Positions 13,401 through 28,400 of a DNA stretch of 64,000 nt are shown here, piece after piece. The notes under the pieces were generated by a model, which was given only the letters and a program-made list of their open reading frames with translations, was not told the origin of the DNA and searched no databases. A program made the position numbers and the translations under genes. The stretch is taken from NCBI RefSeq assembly GCF_048593235.1, contig NC_133621.1, positions 203,257,238 to 203,321,237 of the forward strand, given 5' to 3'. Position 1 is the stretch's first letter; every line of letters begins with the position of its first letter. The DNA is from Sminthopsis crassicaudata (lineage: Eukaryota).

Positions 13401-16400
13401 ACAATAATTCAGAAATTCAAACATTTGGAAAATTTGTTATTAAATTACTTTATTTGAAAGGAAAAAATATATATATATATAATCTCCTAATCTATATTAA
13501 ATAAGTGAGATTTGGTATAATTTCTTTGGGAATGATTATTTATATTCCTTTATGTAGGAGGACATTCCCTGCAGACGTGGATGCTTCTGTCCTATAGGAA
13601 TGGTTCGGGACTCAAAAGGAAACTGCATTTTTCCTGATGACTGCCCATGTTTTTTTGGTGGATGGGAATATGACCAAGGAAGTACCACAACAGTTGGATG
13701 CAATGAATGGTGCATATCAAACTAATAATTTTCTAGAGGGATTGGGGGTGGGATGGGGTGGGGAGAGAGTTTTTGTATTTTGTAGTTTAAAAAAATATGT
13801 GGCTGAGAAAAGGAAAAAACAAATATTTTTTAATCTTAGTCATTTAGGATTAAAACTAAATTACCGGTGATTTTCATTTTTAAAATGTATTTACAAGAGA
13901 GAAAGAAGAAAAGAGGACATGCAATGATATTCCTACAACTTTATGAATAAATATACCAATTTCTTTTGTTCTTTCCCTTATAAATTAATATATTAATGCT
14001 TTTCTTATAATTATTATAAATATATAATACAAATATTATATTATTATAAATGTCATTTTGGTATCTTTTTTAGTACTTGTATAAAAGGATCTTGGAATTG
14101 CACACAAAACAAGTGTCAAACATCCTGCCATATTTATGGGGATGGACATGTTAGAACCTTTGATGGAAAAAGCTACAGCTATGATGGTCTCTGTCAGTAT
14201 TCCTTTGTTGAGGTAATTACAAATATCTTATTAAAATATTTTAATCTTTATCAAATAGATATACTGTTTTTAAACACTGAGTTTACTTTTGCTTCACAGT
14301 GCGCAATTTATATAAATATAGATATATGCTCCTTGATATTGTTATGATATATACTGTAGTGAAAGTTGCACTGGATTTATAGTTAGAGGATCTAGCTTAA
14401 AATTTTGGCTCTGCCACTATACCTTTTTGTGTCTCATTTTCCACATTTGTAAAATAAAAAGGGTCAGACAAGTTGATTTCTAGGTTCCTTTACAACTCTA
14501 CATTTTATATTCAAACATTAAACTTTTGGATTACTTGTAAGCAATTTTATGGATTAGTCCTATTAAATATTTAATTCTATACATATTTTGATGAGACATT
14601 TATTTATATAAACTGACAAGAAATAAATAGTCCCCCAAATTATAGAATCACAAATGTCACGCACACACACATACACACATACATACACTCTCAACCTGAG
14701 AGATCGGTAAAAGTTTTAAGGATTATAATTATAAATATATTATAAGGATTTTGGGGAAAAGTGGAAATGAAGTTGTTTTCTAGAGAATAAAATTAGAGTT
14801 TGCATACCTAGAAGAAGCTAAATTGGAGGAGAAAGTGACATGAGTCATTTAAAATAATTATTAAAGTTAAAATTTAATTGGAAACATTGACAATTCAAGG
14901 TAATCACGGTAGATTAAATGTCTTTGATAGAAAAGTTTGTAAATTGTTAAAATTGTAAATTGTTTCTTTTAGGATTATTGTGGTCAAGAATATGGAACAT
15001 TCCGAGTTTTAACAGAAAGTGTTCCATGTTGTGAAGATGGACTTACATGTTCAAGAAAAATAGTAGTTGCTCTAAAGGTACAGTATAACTCTTATTCACT
15101 TACTTTTACTTTGATCAGTCCAGAAAGCAACTGATTGAAACTAATATAATCTTAAACTTTTTTTCTCATTTATAGGACCAAAATGTTGTCTTGCATGATG
15201 GCAAAGTCACAGTAGTCAAAAATTTGGAAAGTAAAGGATGTGAACTCAATACAACTGCATACTCTATACATACTGTTGGTCTGTACTTGATTTTGAAATT
15301 TGAAAACGGATTAATCCTGATTTGGGACAAAAATACAAGAGTATCTGCTATACTGGATCCAAGCTGGAGTGTATGTATATCAATAATATGGTATTTATGA
15401 GGAAGCACAGTAGTTTCTGATATTGAAAGATAGTTCCAACAACGCTGACAGGAATAGGAATACTGCTAGTGTTTGAATCTATTAAGGGGAAATAAAACTT
15501 CCTTACTTCTATTTCCATCTTAGGGAAAAGCAAACTATATTATCAGGGCACAAAGAATCTGGCAAAATAAACTGTGAGATAGTTTGATTTTAGTCTAACC
15601 TTGTCAAATTAATAGTAAGATTTTCAGTTATAGGTATTTGTGTAATAGGTAATTATAAATCTGCTTTTAAAAATATTCCTGCAGTTAGAAGAAAACCATT
15701 TACATATTATTTTTTTAACTTTTGTATGGCTTATACACAATTGTAAACTTATTTAGAAACTTGAATTGTAAAGACTGATAAAATTCAACATTGGTTTCAG
15801 TTATCATATGACTATTATGAATTACACAAAGCTCTTTTTTTTTTTAAATTGCAGCAGCTTTTTGTTTAAAAAAAATCCTAATTTATTATTTATTTTGATG
15901 TTCTTTTCTTTTTTAAATTTTGAGTGCCAATTCTCTCCCTCTCTCCAAGATCCTCCAATACCCACCAAGAAGGCAAGCAATATGACATCAATTATGCATG
16001 TGAAAAGATGCAAAATACATTTCTATATGAAGCATATTTTTAAAAAAGCAAGAGAAAGAAAGGGAGAAAATTATGCTTAAATTTGCACTTAGAGTTCAAA
16101 AGTTCTTTCTGTGGAATAGGATAGCATTTTTTCCTCATTGATCCATGATCCTGGATCATTGTATTGATGAGAGCAACTAAGTCTTTCACAGTTTGATTAC
16201 TATTACATCATTGCTGTTACTGTGTACAATACTTCTGATTCTCTCACTTTACTTTGCATCAGTTCATATAGGTCTTGTTATGTTTTTCAGAAATTAACCT
16301 TTTTGTCATTTTTGTAGCACTATGGCTCTCCATAACAAATATGTGCTACAACTTGTTCTAATTGACTTATTATTGACTTATTATTATTATTGACTTATTG

Positions 16401-19400
16401 ATTTCTAATTCTTTACCACCACAAAGATGGCTGCTATAAATATTTTTGTACATATGGGTCATTTTTCTTTGTCTTTGATTTCTTTGGGAGTGGTATTGCT
16501 ACATCAAAGGTTATGCACATTTTTATAGTCTTTTGGACATAGTTCCAAATTGTTCTTCAGGATGATTGTATCAGTTCACTATTCTATCAGCATTGTATGT
16601 GCCTATTTTTCGCTCATAACCTCCTGCATTTGTCATTTCTGAAAAAATGTAGGAGGAGTTCTTCAGAGTTGATTTGATTTGCCTTTATCTACTTAATAGC
16701 CATTCAAAGCATTTTTTCATATAACTATAGATCGCTTTGAATTTTTTTTCTGAAAAATGCCTGTTTATATACTTCACCATTTATCAATTGCAGAATGGCT
16801 TTCATTTATATACATATTTTTGTTTAATTCAATCCTACAGTCACCATATATTTGAGAAATGAGGCCTTTGATTTTCAAAGAAACTTGCTGTAAAACTTCT
16901 TAACACTATTTCATTGTCTATGATATCTTTTAGGATAAAATAATTTTCTGATTATCTTTTTTTTAATTAAATCAATTTTGACTTTTCCTTTGTCTGAGAT
17001 CATGATTGTTACTCCTGTCTTTTTTTTCATTCAATTATATATATTTTCTCCCCTCTTTGAACTAATTCCAATAAGAATAAAGTTCAAGCATTGCCTGTCA
17101 CCTTTGTCATTTCTCCCTTCGTTGTAAAAACTCTCTTTTGTATGCCTCTTTTAAGAGAAAAAATTCCCCATCCTACCTCTTTTCCTCCCATTTCTCAATA
17201 TATCCTTCTTTCTCCTTTTAATTTTTTGGAGGTCATTTCAACATAATCAACATACACCTATGCTTTCTCACTATGTAAACTCCTTTTAACTGCCCTGATA
17301 ATGATAAAGTTATTAGGAGTTGGTTACATGTATTAGGTTCCCATAAGTAAAAAGCTTAACTTTACTACATTCCTTATGATTACTGTTTCATGCTTATCTT
17401 TTAAGTCTTCTCATCTTCTATTTGAATGTCAAATTTTCTATTCAACTTTGTTTTTGTTTTTCATTAGGAATGAGTGAAAAGTCCTCTGTTTTATTAAATA
17501 TCCAATATTCTCCTTGTAGGATTAAACTCATTTTTGTTGAGTTGGTTATTCTTGCTTATCATGTTTGCTTCCTAGAATATCATATTTCAAGTCTACTTTT
17601 TTAACACAGAAGCTGTTAAATCTTATATTATTCTAATTATGGCTCCATGATTTTTGAATAGTTTTTTTTCTGGCTGTTTATAATATTTTCTCTTTGACTT
17701 GGGAGCTCTGGAATTTGGCTATAATACTGGAAATTTTCCTTTGGGGATGTCTTTCAGGAGGTTATAAGTGGACTTTTCCCATTTCTATTTTACCTGCTAG
17801 ATCTAAGATATCTGATCAGTTTTCCTTGATAATTTCTTGAAAGACGATGTGTAAACTTTTTTTTATCATGGTTTTCAGGAAGTCCAATAATTCTTAAATT
17901 ATCTCTCCTTGATCTGTTTTCTAGGTTAGTTTTTTTCAATGATAAATTTCATATTTCCTTCCATTCTTTCATTCTTTTGACTTTGTTTTATTGTTTCTTG
18001 ATGTCTTATAGAGTCATTAGCTTCTACTTGACTAGTTCTATTTTTAAAGAGTTGTTTCCTTCAAGGAATTTTTTTTGCCTCCTTTTCCATTTGGCCAATT
18101 CTGCTAAGTGCTCTCTTATCATCTTTTAAGAAAAAAATGTTTTATTTTTCTCGTTTTTAAGACTTTCTTCTTTCTCTTTTTCAAAAAAATAAACAGGTGT
18201 TTGCTCATTTTTCTAGCTTATTTCTTCATTTAGAGCTTTATGTTAAAGTTGGGCTCTGTTCAACTGGGGTTGGGCAGGCACAGTCCCAAGCTTCAGAGTT
18301 TTTTGTGCTTTTTTTTCAGAGCTTGTTCTGGGGATCCTCAGTTTTTGGTACTTCCAAAGTGGTACAATACTGGGAGAAATATGGTCACCGCTCTCTTGGT
18401 TTGTGCTCTGTTCTTTACCTGGGGTGGGGGAGCTATTGGTCCTTTTCATCCTGCAAGATAGTTAGTACTTGCTATCTAGTACTAACTATCCTCTTGGCCT
18501 TGGAAATGTGGCTAGTGCCCCTGCCTCCTTGTGAACAACTACCAGCACTCTTCTTCATCTTGGAACTGTGACCCAGAATAGCATATGGGTCATAGAATTG
18601 CCAGTCAGGACCAGCTATAATCAGTGTCAGCAAAAGACGCCCTGTATTTCTTTCTGACTACTTGTCTGACTCCCTTAACATCTCTGGGTTGATGGTTGTT
18701 AAAGCTGCTAATGCTGATATTTGATTTCTGTTGCTAACAACATGTGTTTGGGCTTTGGAGAAGTTTCTACCCTAGTGTCACATATTTCTCCTGCTGATCC
18801 CTTAAATTCTCTAAGACCAGAAGAATGTCTCACTCTAAACTTTTGTTGGTTTTGCCATTCCAAAACTTGATTTAAAGTATTATTTTGAAATTATTTGAAG
18901 GGGGATGTTGGGAAATTTCAGGTGAGTAGCTACCCTTAATCCCCCTGTCTTAACTACATGGTAAATTACTGGTAAAGTACAATTATGATATCTTCAAGAG
19001 CGATTCCATTTTTAATGTACTTTTAATGCAGGGAAAAGTATGTGGTCTATGTGGAAATAATAATGGAGATCTCAAGGATGATTTCACTACAAGGCATGCA
19101 TCAGTAGCTGTTGGAGCATTGGAATTTGGAAATAGTTGGAAAACAAGTCAAGAGTGTTCAGACACAGTGGTACAAGCTTTTCCATGTGATTCTAATCCAT
19201 ATTGTAAAGCATGGGCTTTAAGAAAATGTGGAATCATCAGAGATAGCACGTTTAAAGACTGCCATAACAAGGTAACACTTTCGTCATTCTGTTATTTACA
19301 AAAATGTCCTTCCTGATTGCAGAGAAAACTCATATACTGTGTGCTGTTTAGGTCAATCCTGATGCTTACTATACAGCATGTTTGGAGGAAGCCTGTGCAT

Positions 19401-22400
19401 GCGATATGGAAGGAAAATACCTTGGGTTCTGTACTGCTGTGGCCATGTATGCAGAAGCTTGTAGTGCAGTTGGAGTTTGTGTCTCTTGGAGAAAGCCAGA
19501 CCTTTGCCGTAAGCAAAATAACAGACTGCAATAGCCAATATAACAACATTTTACATAGAACTGTTCTGCTCGGGGGGAAGGATTTTTTTTTTAAAAAGAA
19601 TCACATTCTTTAAATAAGATTGTATAACTAGAAATGTTACTTGTTTGAGTAATTATTTGTTTTTGTGAGAACATTTTGACAGTGGTAGTGGTTCAGATTT
19701 TCAGTTTTCATTGCTCTTGTTTCTAAAAAGAATACCTGGATGGAAACAAATGCATGTCTACATGCATACGTACATACATACATAAATATATGTGTGTATG
19801 TATAATATATATCATATCAATAAATTCTTTTTGTATTTCTACAGATAATAATATCACTTAGTACAGTCCTGGATCTCTGAATCTCTACTCTAAGTAGTGA
19901 ATTCCATTTCATTTCATTAAAAGTTAAAACTATTAGAAAGCTTTTGCATAATTCAATTCATTAAACATTTATTGAATGCCTATTAGAGGTCCAGTCCTGT
20001 GCTAGGCTTTGGGGGTATAAAGAAAAATATAAATTTATTTCTGCCTTCAAGTTGCTTACACTTGAGAGATACAAATTGTACAGAAATAAATAGTTATACA
20101 AAGCAATTTCAAGAGCGAAAGAGTGGTAATGACTGGAAAATCTAGAAAGGCCTAATGTAGGAAATAGCATCTGACTTAGTCTTGAAAATTCTTTGAGTAG
20201 TAGAAAATACCTTCCAGATTGGGGAAGTGGGAGAGAGGTGGGAGAGAGAGTTGTGCAAAAGCATAAGGCAGAAGATAGAATATCATGTACAGTGAGTAGC
20301 TAGGTCAGTTTGAATAAAATGAAGACTAACTTTAAAAGATTTTGCTTCTAGTGGTCAATAAATTACAGTTTTTGTTCTGGTCAAAGGAAAGTTCAGTTTT
20401 TCAAATGCAGTCTTAAGCAAAACTTAGAAACATATTTAGAACATCCTGTAATTTATCCCATGTGTTATCTTATAGATAATCTTTATGTAGAAAATAAAGT
20501 CAGAGGAATTGACTAGGAATGAATGAAATATTGTATAAATTCATTACCTCTTTCACATGAGAACTTTTTAAAAAAATCTATTTTGGTAAATGAAAGATTA
20601 AAGTTATCTCTCCACAAATGAAAGTAATTCAGCACAATTCAATTACAGCTGTCTATTGTGATTTTTACAATGCTCCTGGTGAATGCAGCTGGCATTATGA
20701 GCCCTGTGGAACAGTGAAAGCAAAAACATGCAAAGATCACCTTATTGGACAAAAATTTGCTACTCTTTTGGAAGGTAAGGAATTTTTTGATAAATTTCTG
20801 TGGAACATAAAGGAGTCTTGCTTTGTAAAACTGTAAGGTACTACATACAATTTATTTACAAAATCTGTTTTGCTCATTTCCTAACAAATAATGGTTAAAA
20901 AGTAAAAACATTTTTTGCAATACAATGTTAGCATTTGTGTAATGTATTAAGATTTGCAAAATGCTTTACATACACTATTTCTTTTTAATTTCACAACAAT
21001 CTTCTTGAAGCAAATGCTATTATTGTTTACATTTTATAGATGAGGAAATTGAGGCAGAAAGTGTTTGAGATACTATCCAAATTCAAGGCTTCTTAATTCC
21101 AAATTCAACACTCTACCCATTATACCACCTGACAAATGGATGGATTTTGCCTTTAATAAATTCATTAAGGGAAACAAAAAAAATTACAATAGCCACACTT
21201 TTTTGTGGGAAAGTGATACAACTCAAAATAAAACAAGTTGATATCAAGAATTCAAAAGCCTAACATATCCAGAATATGAAATGTTAAGCCTTGAACTAAT
21301 TGTTTATATCTTCTATATCTCCATCTATAATAACTGATATTCAGAATGATGATACTTCAAGAATCTTAATCACAAAAGAATATACTCCCTGTTGTAAGAA
21401 TTTTGAAAGACTCTCATTAATGATACTGGAAATGAAAAAAAATTATTTACTGATACTTAACTCAAAATTTAATTATAATTTTATTATTCTAGTTAATTGA
21501 AGCTTTGTAGGAAAGATTTAGTCTGAGTCCTGTTGCTTTTATAAATTCTTCTAATATATGTGAAGTCTTGACATCATCTGTATTTGGCTATGGAATAACT
21601 AACTTTACCAAATAAATTTATACATGGTGATATCAATAGAGTTGCAATTAATTCAATAATTTTCATATACAGGTTGCTATGCTAAATGCCCTGACAGTGC
21701 CCCCTATCTGGATGAAAACACCATGAAGTGTGTCAAATTATCAGATTGCAGCTGCTTCTACAATGATGTAATACCAGCAGGTGGAATGATTGAAGATGAA
21801 TGTGGAAGAACATGGTACAGTACTTATTATTTTTTCTAATATTCAATTCTCCATCTGAAATTTTATTCAAAATTAATGCACTGAATACATTTGGAATAGG
21901 GCATAGAGTGATAGATTTGATGTCAGGAGACCTGACTTTGAATCCCTCTGATATTCACTACTTCTTTTGACAATGGTTATGTTTCTCCATGACTTAATTT
22001 ATGAGTGATTCTCAGTATTGGTGTATAGAATTCCCATATAAATGAAATCTCAGATCTTTGATATATAGTACAGACAAATGCATGTCATTTTCAATTATAA
22101 TATTCATTAAACCAAATAACAGATTTTTTAAAAATAAATTATTAGTTGTGTATTTCTTGAATATTTATATCATCTCATCTGGATATAACTTTCTTAGATA
22201 ATAATTTTCATAGTGCCAAATACTGGAGACATTTCACAAAAGTCTGTTAGTTAAACATATCACACTCCAAATATATATGATACCAATGAGGCTTCAGGGA
22301 AGAAAGTCCAATAGCTTATATTTTACAGCTTATATCTGTCAAAAAGCAGAATGGTGTTGGAAGGTGAAGATGCAGAAGTTAAATTCATGTCCTGCTCTTT

Positions 22401-25400
22401 GTTTTAAACTGTCTCTTTTTAACAAGGAATATCCATTGAAATAACTAGGAATGTTATGTAGTGTAATTGTAGATGTGAATTGTAAATTGTGGTTTTGTTT
22501 CTTCTTCAGTAGTAAGAACAAACATTACTGGTATTTTGAGAGTAGAGCCTTCAATTGTATTTCAATATTAGGCAAAAGTTATTTTTTTGACAGTAATTTA
22601 GAAGTGAAAGAGTATATATTCTAAAAGTCTACTTTTGTGAGGAGGAATGTTAATTATCATTCTTATTTTTTAATTTAACTTTCAGTTTTTGCATAGCAGG
22701 ACAATTACAGTGCAATGGTGAGTAATTGTATTTTTTTTTCTCCAATTGATTTATGAAAGAATAGATGATGAATTTTCCCCATCAAAAATTCACACATTAT
22801 AGAAAATATACACGCTATCCAACTTATTGTAAAAACAAAATTTAAAAGTGGACATGCACATGATTTACAATATTATCTCTGCTATCTCCTTGCCAGTACT
22901 ATGTAGTCTGCTTCCCAAAGCCATTTCCTTCCTAGCATTTATTCTGGATAGTTGACACATGAATTGCTACTGAAATGAATTCCTACTATCTAGGATCTCA
23001 CCTACTGAACTATCTCTGGAAGCCATGATGCAAAAGCTATGAACCTGATTATCAATCAAAGTATTCTAGAATGTGAATGGGGAACAGCTTAGAAAGAGTG
23101 ACCAAGTCCACAAAAGAGTCAGTTAAGAGTGACATGCAGCCATGTGAACAAACATTTTGATATCTTCATTACTTCTGTATTACTTCTTGTTTATTTTCTC
23201 CTGAGAATAGAAAATGTCATTTCTAAAAAATTAAAAGAATAGAAATGTCATAGCAGATACAGGTTCTAAACCAGAAGATAATATTTTTTCTTTGCTTTTA
23301 ATTGCTACTTTGTGATTATTACAGAAGCTACTACACGTCCTGCTTTGACAAGTTCAGGTAAATGCTTCGTATATTTATATCCAAGTACTTTTCAGTTTGC
23401 TATTGCATATTTTTTTTATAAGAAAAACCAAGTGATGAGCAATTTGGATCAGTCAATGTACTGAAAAAGAATTATTAAGTAATACATAACAAGAACTGGG
23501 AGAGATGATAAAGGATCACCATATTTTACATATTTAAAATATGTGATATCTACTTTCCATACTTAAGATTTCTAATTAGAATTCAGAATTTAGCTTAAAA
23601 ATGTGAACCCTAGTGGAATGAGACATAGAAATGAAAGTTTCCATTGAAGAAAACTTTGTTGAGTTATAAAACACTGGAGTGAAATTTTATAGTACAGAAA
23701 TAAAAGCAATTGACTTAATTTTTCCCCTAAAAATTTATTTGGTTGATTTTTCTTCTATAGGATTATTTCAATTATGCCCACACAATCATTCTAGCAGAAA
23801 ACAAATTAGACCTCTTTCAAACTAACATTATAGTGAAGAGGACTCCCTTTTAAAAAGTTGTCTATACTTTAGAAATCTATATTCTCCTACCTCAATATGA
23901 AGAAAAATGACTATTCTAGGAGTTGCTATATTCTCCAAACATAATAATTTTCTATTGATTAACATCACATTTAGCCCTTTTAATCACAAATTTTGAAGTG
24001 AATATGGCACCAAGTATAATGTTATTTGCATTGTTGGAAAAAAAAAAAACCCTGGTTGATCCAGTGGATAGGTAGGTAGATAAATAAATATGGATATATA
24101 TATGGAGAGAATTGAATGGAAATGGAAAGGAATATACCTATTTCTCAGTGATTCTGGTATCTTTGTAAAAGTATTATTATTATACATATATTAATACATA
24201 AAAACTTTATAGTTAAAAGCAAAAATAATAAAAATATGTTCAGATTATAATTCAGTAAAATTTTATTTAATGAGTACACCAAGGAAATATAGATTAAAAA
24301 CTAATTGGAGATTAAACAATCTAATTTTTTAAAAAATCAGTGGATTAAAGAACAAACCATAGAAACAATCAATAATTTCATTAGAATGATAATGAGATAA
24401 CATATCAAAACCTATAGGATACAGCAACAGCACTGATTAGAGGAAAATTTATATCTTTAAGTGCTTATATTAATAAAATAGAGAAAAAGCAGATTAATGA
24501 ATTGGGTATGCAGTTTTAAAAAACTATTTACAATCTCCAGTTAAACATTAAATTGAAAATATTAAAAATTAAAGGTAAGATTAATAAAATTGAGAGTAAT
24601 AAGAAAGCCTACCAAATTAATAAATAAAACTAGGAGCTGTTTTTATAGGGGAGGGAAATTAATAAAACTGATAAATAATTTGTTAATATAATTTTAAAAA
24701 GAGAAAAAAATCAAATCACTAGTAGTAAAAATTAAAACTGTGATTATCCTATTAACAGAGGTGAAGTTAAAGCAATTATAAGAAGTTATTTTGCCCAATT
24801 ATATGTCAAACAAACTTCTTTTATGAAATATGATGCTAAACCAAGAAGAGTAAAAATAGAGAGAAAAAATTATATATCAATTTCATTAATAAATGTGGAT
24901 GCAAAAATTCTAAATAAAATACTAGCTAAAAGATTATACTATATTACAAAGATATGTATTATTATCAAGTAAGAGTTATACCAGGAATACAGGAATGGTT
25001 TAACATAAGGATAATCTTAACATAATTGATCAGATCAATAATAACATAAAATCACAAATTTGTAAATAGCAAAATTATGTCAATAATTTTTAAGATCATA
25101 TGATTTTATTATTAGATGCAGGAAAAGCTTTTGATAAAGTTCAACATTTATTAAAAACACTTGAAAATATTGGTATAAATGGATTTTTTCTTAAATTGAC
25201 AAAGCATTGGCAAGTATTTGAAGCTTTTCCAATAAAACTAGATATAAAATAAGGCTACCCATTGTCACCAACTTGTTCAATATTGCATTAAAAATCTTGT
25301 CAATAACAGTAAAAAAAGAAAAATAGAATCAGGGAATGAGGTAATAAAACTATCTCTTTTGTAGATGATATGATGATATGCTTATAAAATCCTATATAAG

Positions 25401-28400
25401 ATATAAAATCCTAAATACAAAACTAAAAAGTTGAAACAATTAATAATTTTAGTAAAGTAGCAGAATATAATATAAATCCACACAAATAACCTATATATTA
25501 TAAACAAAACTCTATAAGAAGAAACAGTAGGATATGGGCATCTTTTTGAAGAACAAAAAGTCAAGAATATCATAGGAAAAAATGAAAAAAAATTAAAGGA
25601 AAGAGTTTTAGCAGTATCAGATCTTAAACTATATTATAAACTATGTAATAGTATAATCAAAATTATTTCATATTGGCTAAAAATGGAAAGGTAGATAAAT
25701 GGAAAAGAGTAGACATACAATTTACGGCAGGAAATAAACATAATAACCTTGTATTTGACAAGTGTGATGATTCAAGATTTGGGGATAAGAATTCATTATT
25801 TGCTTAAAATTGTTGAGAAAGCTGAAAAGTAGTATGGCAGCTACTGAGCATAGACCAATATCATATTCCATTTACCAAGAAAAAGTCAAAATGGATTTAT
25901 TACCTAGAAATAAAAGAGAACAAGAAAATTAGAAAAAATGGAACATACTATTTATCAGCATTATGAATAAGTGAATAATTTATAAATAAAGAAGAGGTGG
26001 AAAGCAAAGTAAAGTTTAAAGTGGATGATTTTGATTACATTAAATTTTAAAAGGTTTGTACAAATAAAATAAATATAGCCAATATTAGAAGGAAAGCAGA
26101 AAATAGGGGCAAGGATTTATGACAATTTATCAAATAAAGGTCCCATATTTAAAATATATAAAGAACTTTGTCAGATCTAAAAGAATATGAATCATTCCCC
26201 ATTTTGATGAATGGTTAAACAACATGAACAGGCAGTTTTCCATTGCAGAAGTCAAAACAATTTATAGTCATATGAAAAATGCTCTAAATAATTATTGATT
26301 AGAAAAATTCAAATTAAAGCAAACTTTAGATATCATTTTATAGCTACCAGACTGGTTAAAATGATTGAAGGGAAAAACAACAAATGTTGGAGGGGATATG
26401 GAAAAATTAGGATGCCAATTCATTCTTGGTGAAACTGTGAATTGATCCAAAACTACTTTGAAGAACAATCTGGAATCATGCCCAAATAATTACTAAATTA
26501 CCTATGCCCTTTCACCTAGCAATAACACTGGTGGGTTTATTTCCAAAGATGATTAAGGAAAAGAATCTAAATATTCCCAAATCTTTATAGCAAGTCTCTT
26601 TGTGTTGGCAAAGAACTGGAAATTCCAGGGAAGCCCTTCAAATGGTTAACGGGTTAACAAATTGTGATATATGATTTTTATGAAATACTTCTATACTATA
26701 AAAAAAAGATGAGCTCATTGATCTCATAAAAAACATGGAAAGACTTGCATGAAATAATGAAGTGCAAAATGAATAGAACCAAGAGAACACTGTATACAGT
26801 AACTGCAATATATTTTTTAAGACTAACTGTGAGTGAATAAGTTATTTTGACTATTATAAATACCCAAATTAACAATAAAGGATATATGAAGGAAGATGCT
26901 ATCTAAAAGAAAGAAAGGTAGATCAGGGTCAGGTTGTAAAAAATTGTAAATACCCAAAGGAAAAAATTATATTCAATCTTAGAGGTTGCAGAAAACCACT
27001 GGAGTTTGAGGGACAAAGTCAAATCTGTGCATTAAGAAAATAATTTGGCTGGATTGCAGCCAAAGAAAGATTTGAGAGTAGGAGACTATTTAGGAAAAAG
27101 TTCACAAGAGCATGAACTAAGGTTGCGATTATGTAATAGTGAGAAAGCAAGAGAAATAATAAATATTGTGGAGTTAGAAACAAGGTTTTGTAATTGATTT
27201 TAAGTAAAATAAATCATATATAATAATACAGTATTTACATAAACAATAAAGTATTTATACTTAATATAATGTATATATAATAAACATGTGTTATCTATAA
27301 TAATATAACTAGGATTATAATATATAATAATGTAAAAAAAAAACCTCCAGAGAAAACAGTCAACACATACTAGTCCAATCTCTATTTTCTATGTAGCTTC
27401 ATATGTCACTTGAATTCTCTATTCATATGTACTAATTAACAAATAGTATGAAGCCTCTACTATGTCCCAGGGATACAAATACATAAATTAATCAATCCCT
27501 GCTATCAAGGAGTTTATATACTAATGGAATACATTATCTAATGTAATATATAACATATAAAATATTTATAAATTATATTACATATGCTATATACTATAGT
27601 ATATATTACATCATGTATACATTATACATGATATAATATGTTATGTATAATATATTAAGTTTTATTTATATATAAAAACATATGTTATATGGCATAAATA
27701 ATATATGATAATATATAACATAATACAGTATATAATATTATAACATAATATACAAATATATTAGTGCAAAATGAGTAGAGTATATATACAATTATATTTT
27801 CATATTATGTTATAATATATTCTGTATTAATATATTACATAAATATATATTACTCATATCTATTTAATGTATATGTAATTTACATATCATATAGAATTTG
27901 ATGTATTATATTTCGTAATTATAAGAATAGAGATGATAATTGTACCAATTAAAGCTGAAAAGCTCATTAAGTGCAAAAGTATATAAAAAGAGAACTCAAT
28001 ATAAGTCCTTGAGGTAATCATACTAAGGGGGAATGTTATAGGCCAGAACTCTGAAACAAGAATTCTTACAAGGTGTTAAGTCAGTGGAATTGATGAGACA
28101 ATGGTTATCTAGTTTAGAATGGTGCTTAATAGTTCTCTAAGTTCAGTATGATTGATTTAATTTTACAACAACTAATGGTTTCCTGGTGATATAATGATTG
28201 GCTTATACTCAGTGCAAAGCATATAAGCTGGGAGCTTATATGAGGAGAGAATAGAGACAGATTCATTACATCATCCACCTTTGTGGTGGCTGGAGGCTGA
28301 AGCAAAAGCCCTCGGACTCAAGACTCAGGGCCAGAGAAAGCAAGGCAAATTTACAACAAAAGCTGCCCCAAGACCTCCAGAAAACCAAACTAAGAACATT

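Noticed and set aside
18197-18571. 124-aa ORF and overlapping ORFs as a nested gene
   Set aside because: They lie in the decayed L1 5' region and have no recognisable domain or splice context.
857-22717. Assignment to VWF, MUC2, MUC5AC/5B, MUC6, otogelin or SCO-spondin
   Set aside because: The cysteine pattern (GKYLGFC, D2 GLCG without the first Cys) and the Gly/Ser/Thr/Ala-rich, CysD-free repeats fit the MUC19/submaxillary apomucin family better. A BLASTP of the spliced peptide would settle it.
23761-23830. Candidate exon after ttttcttctatag
   Set aside because: The phase-1 frame reaches TAA with no donor, and the peptide is not mucin-like.
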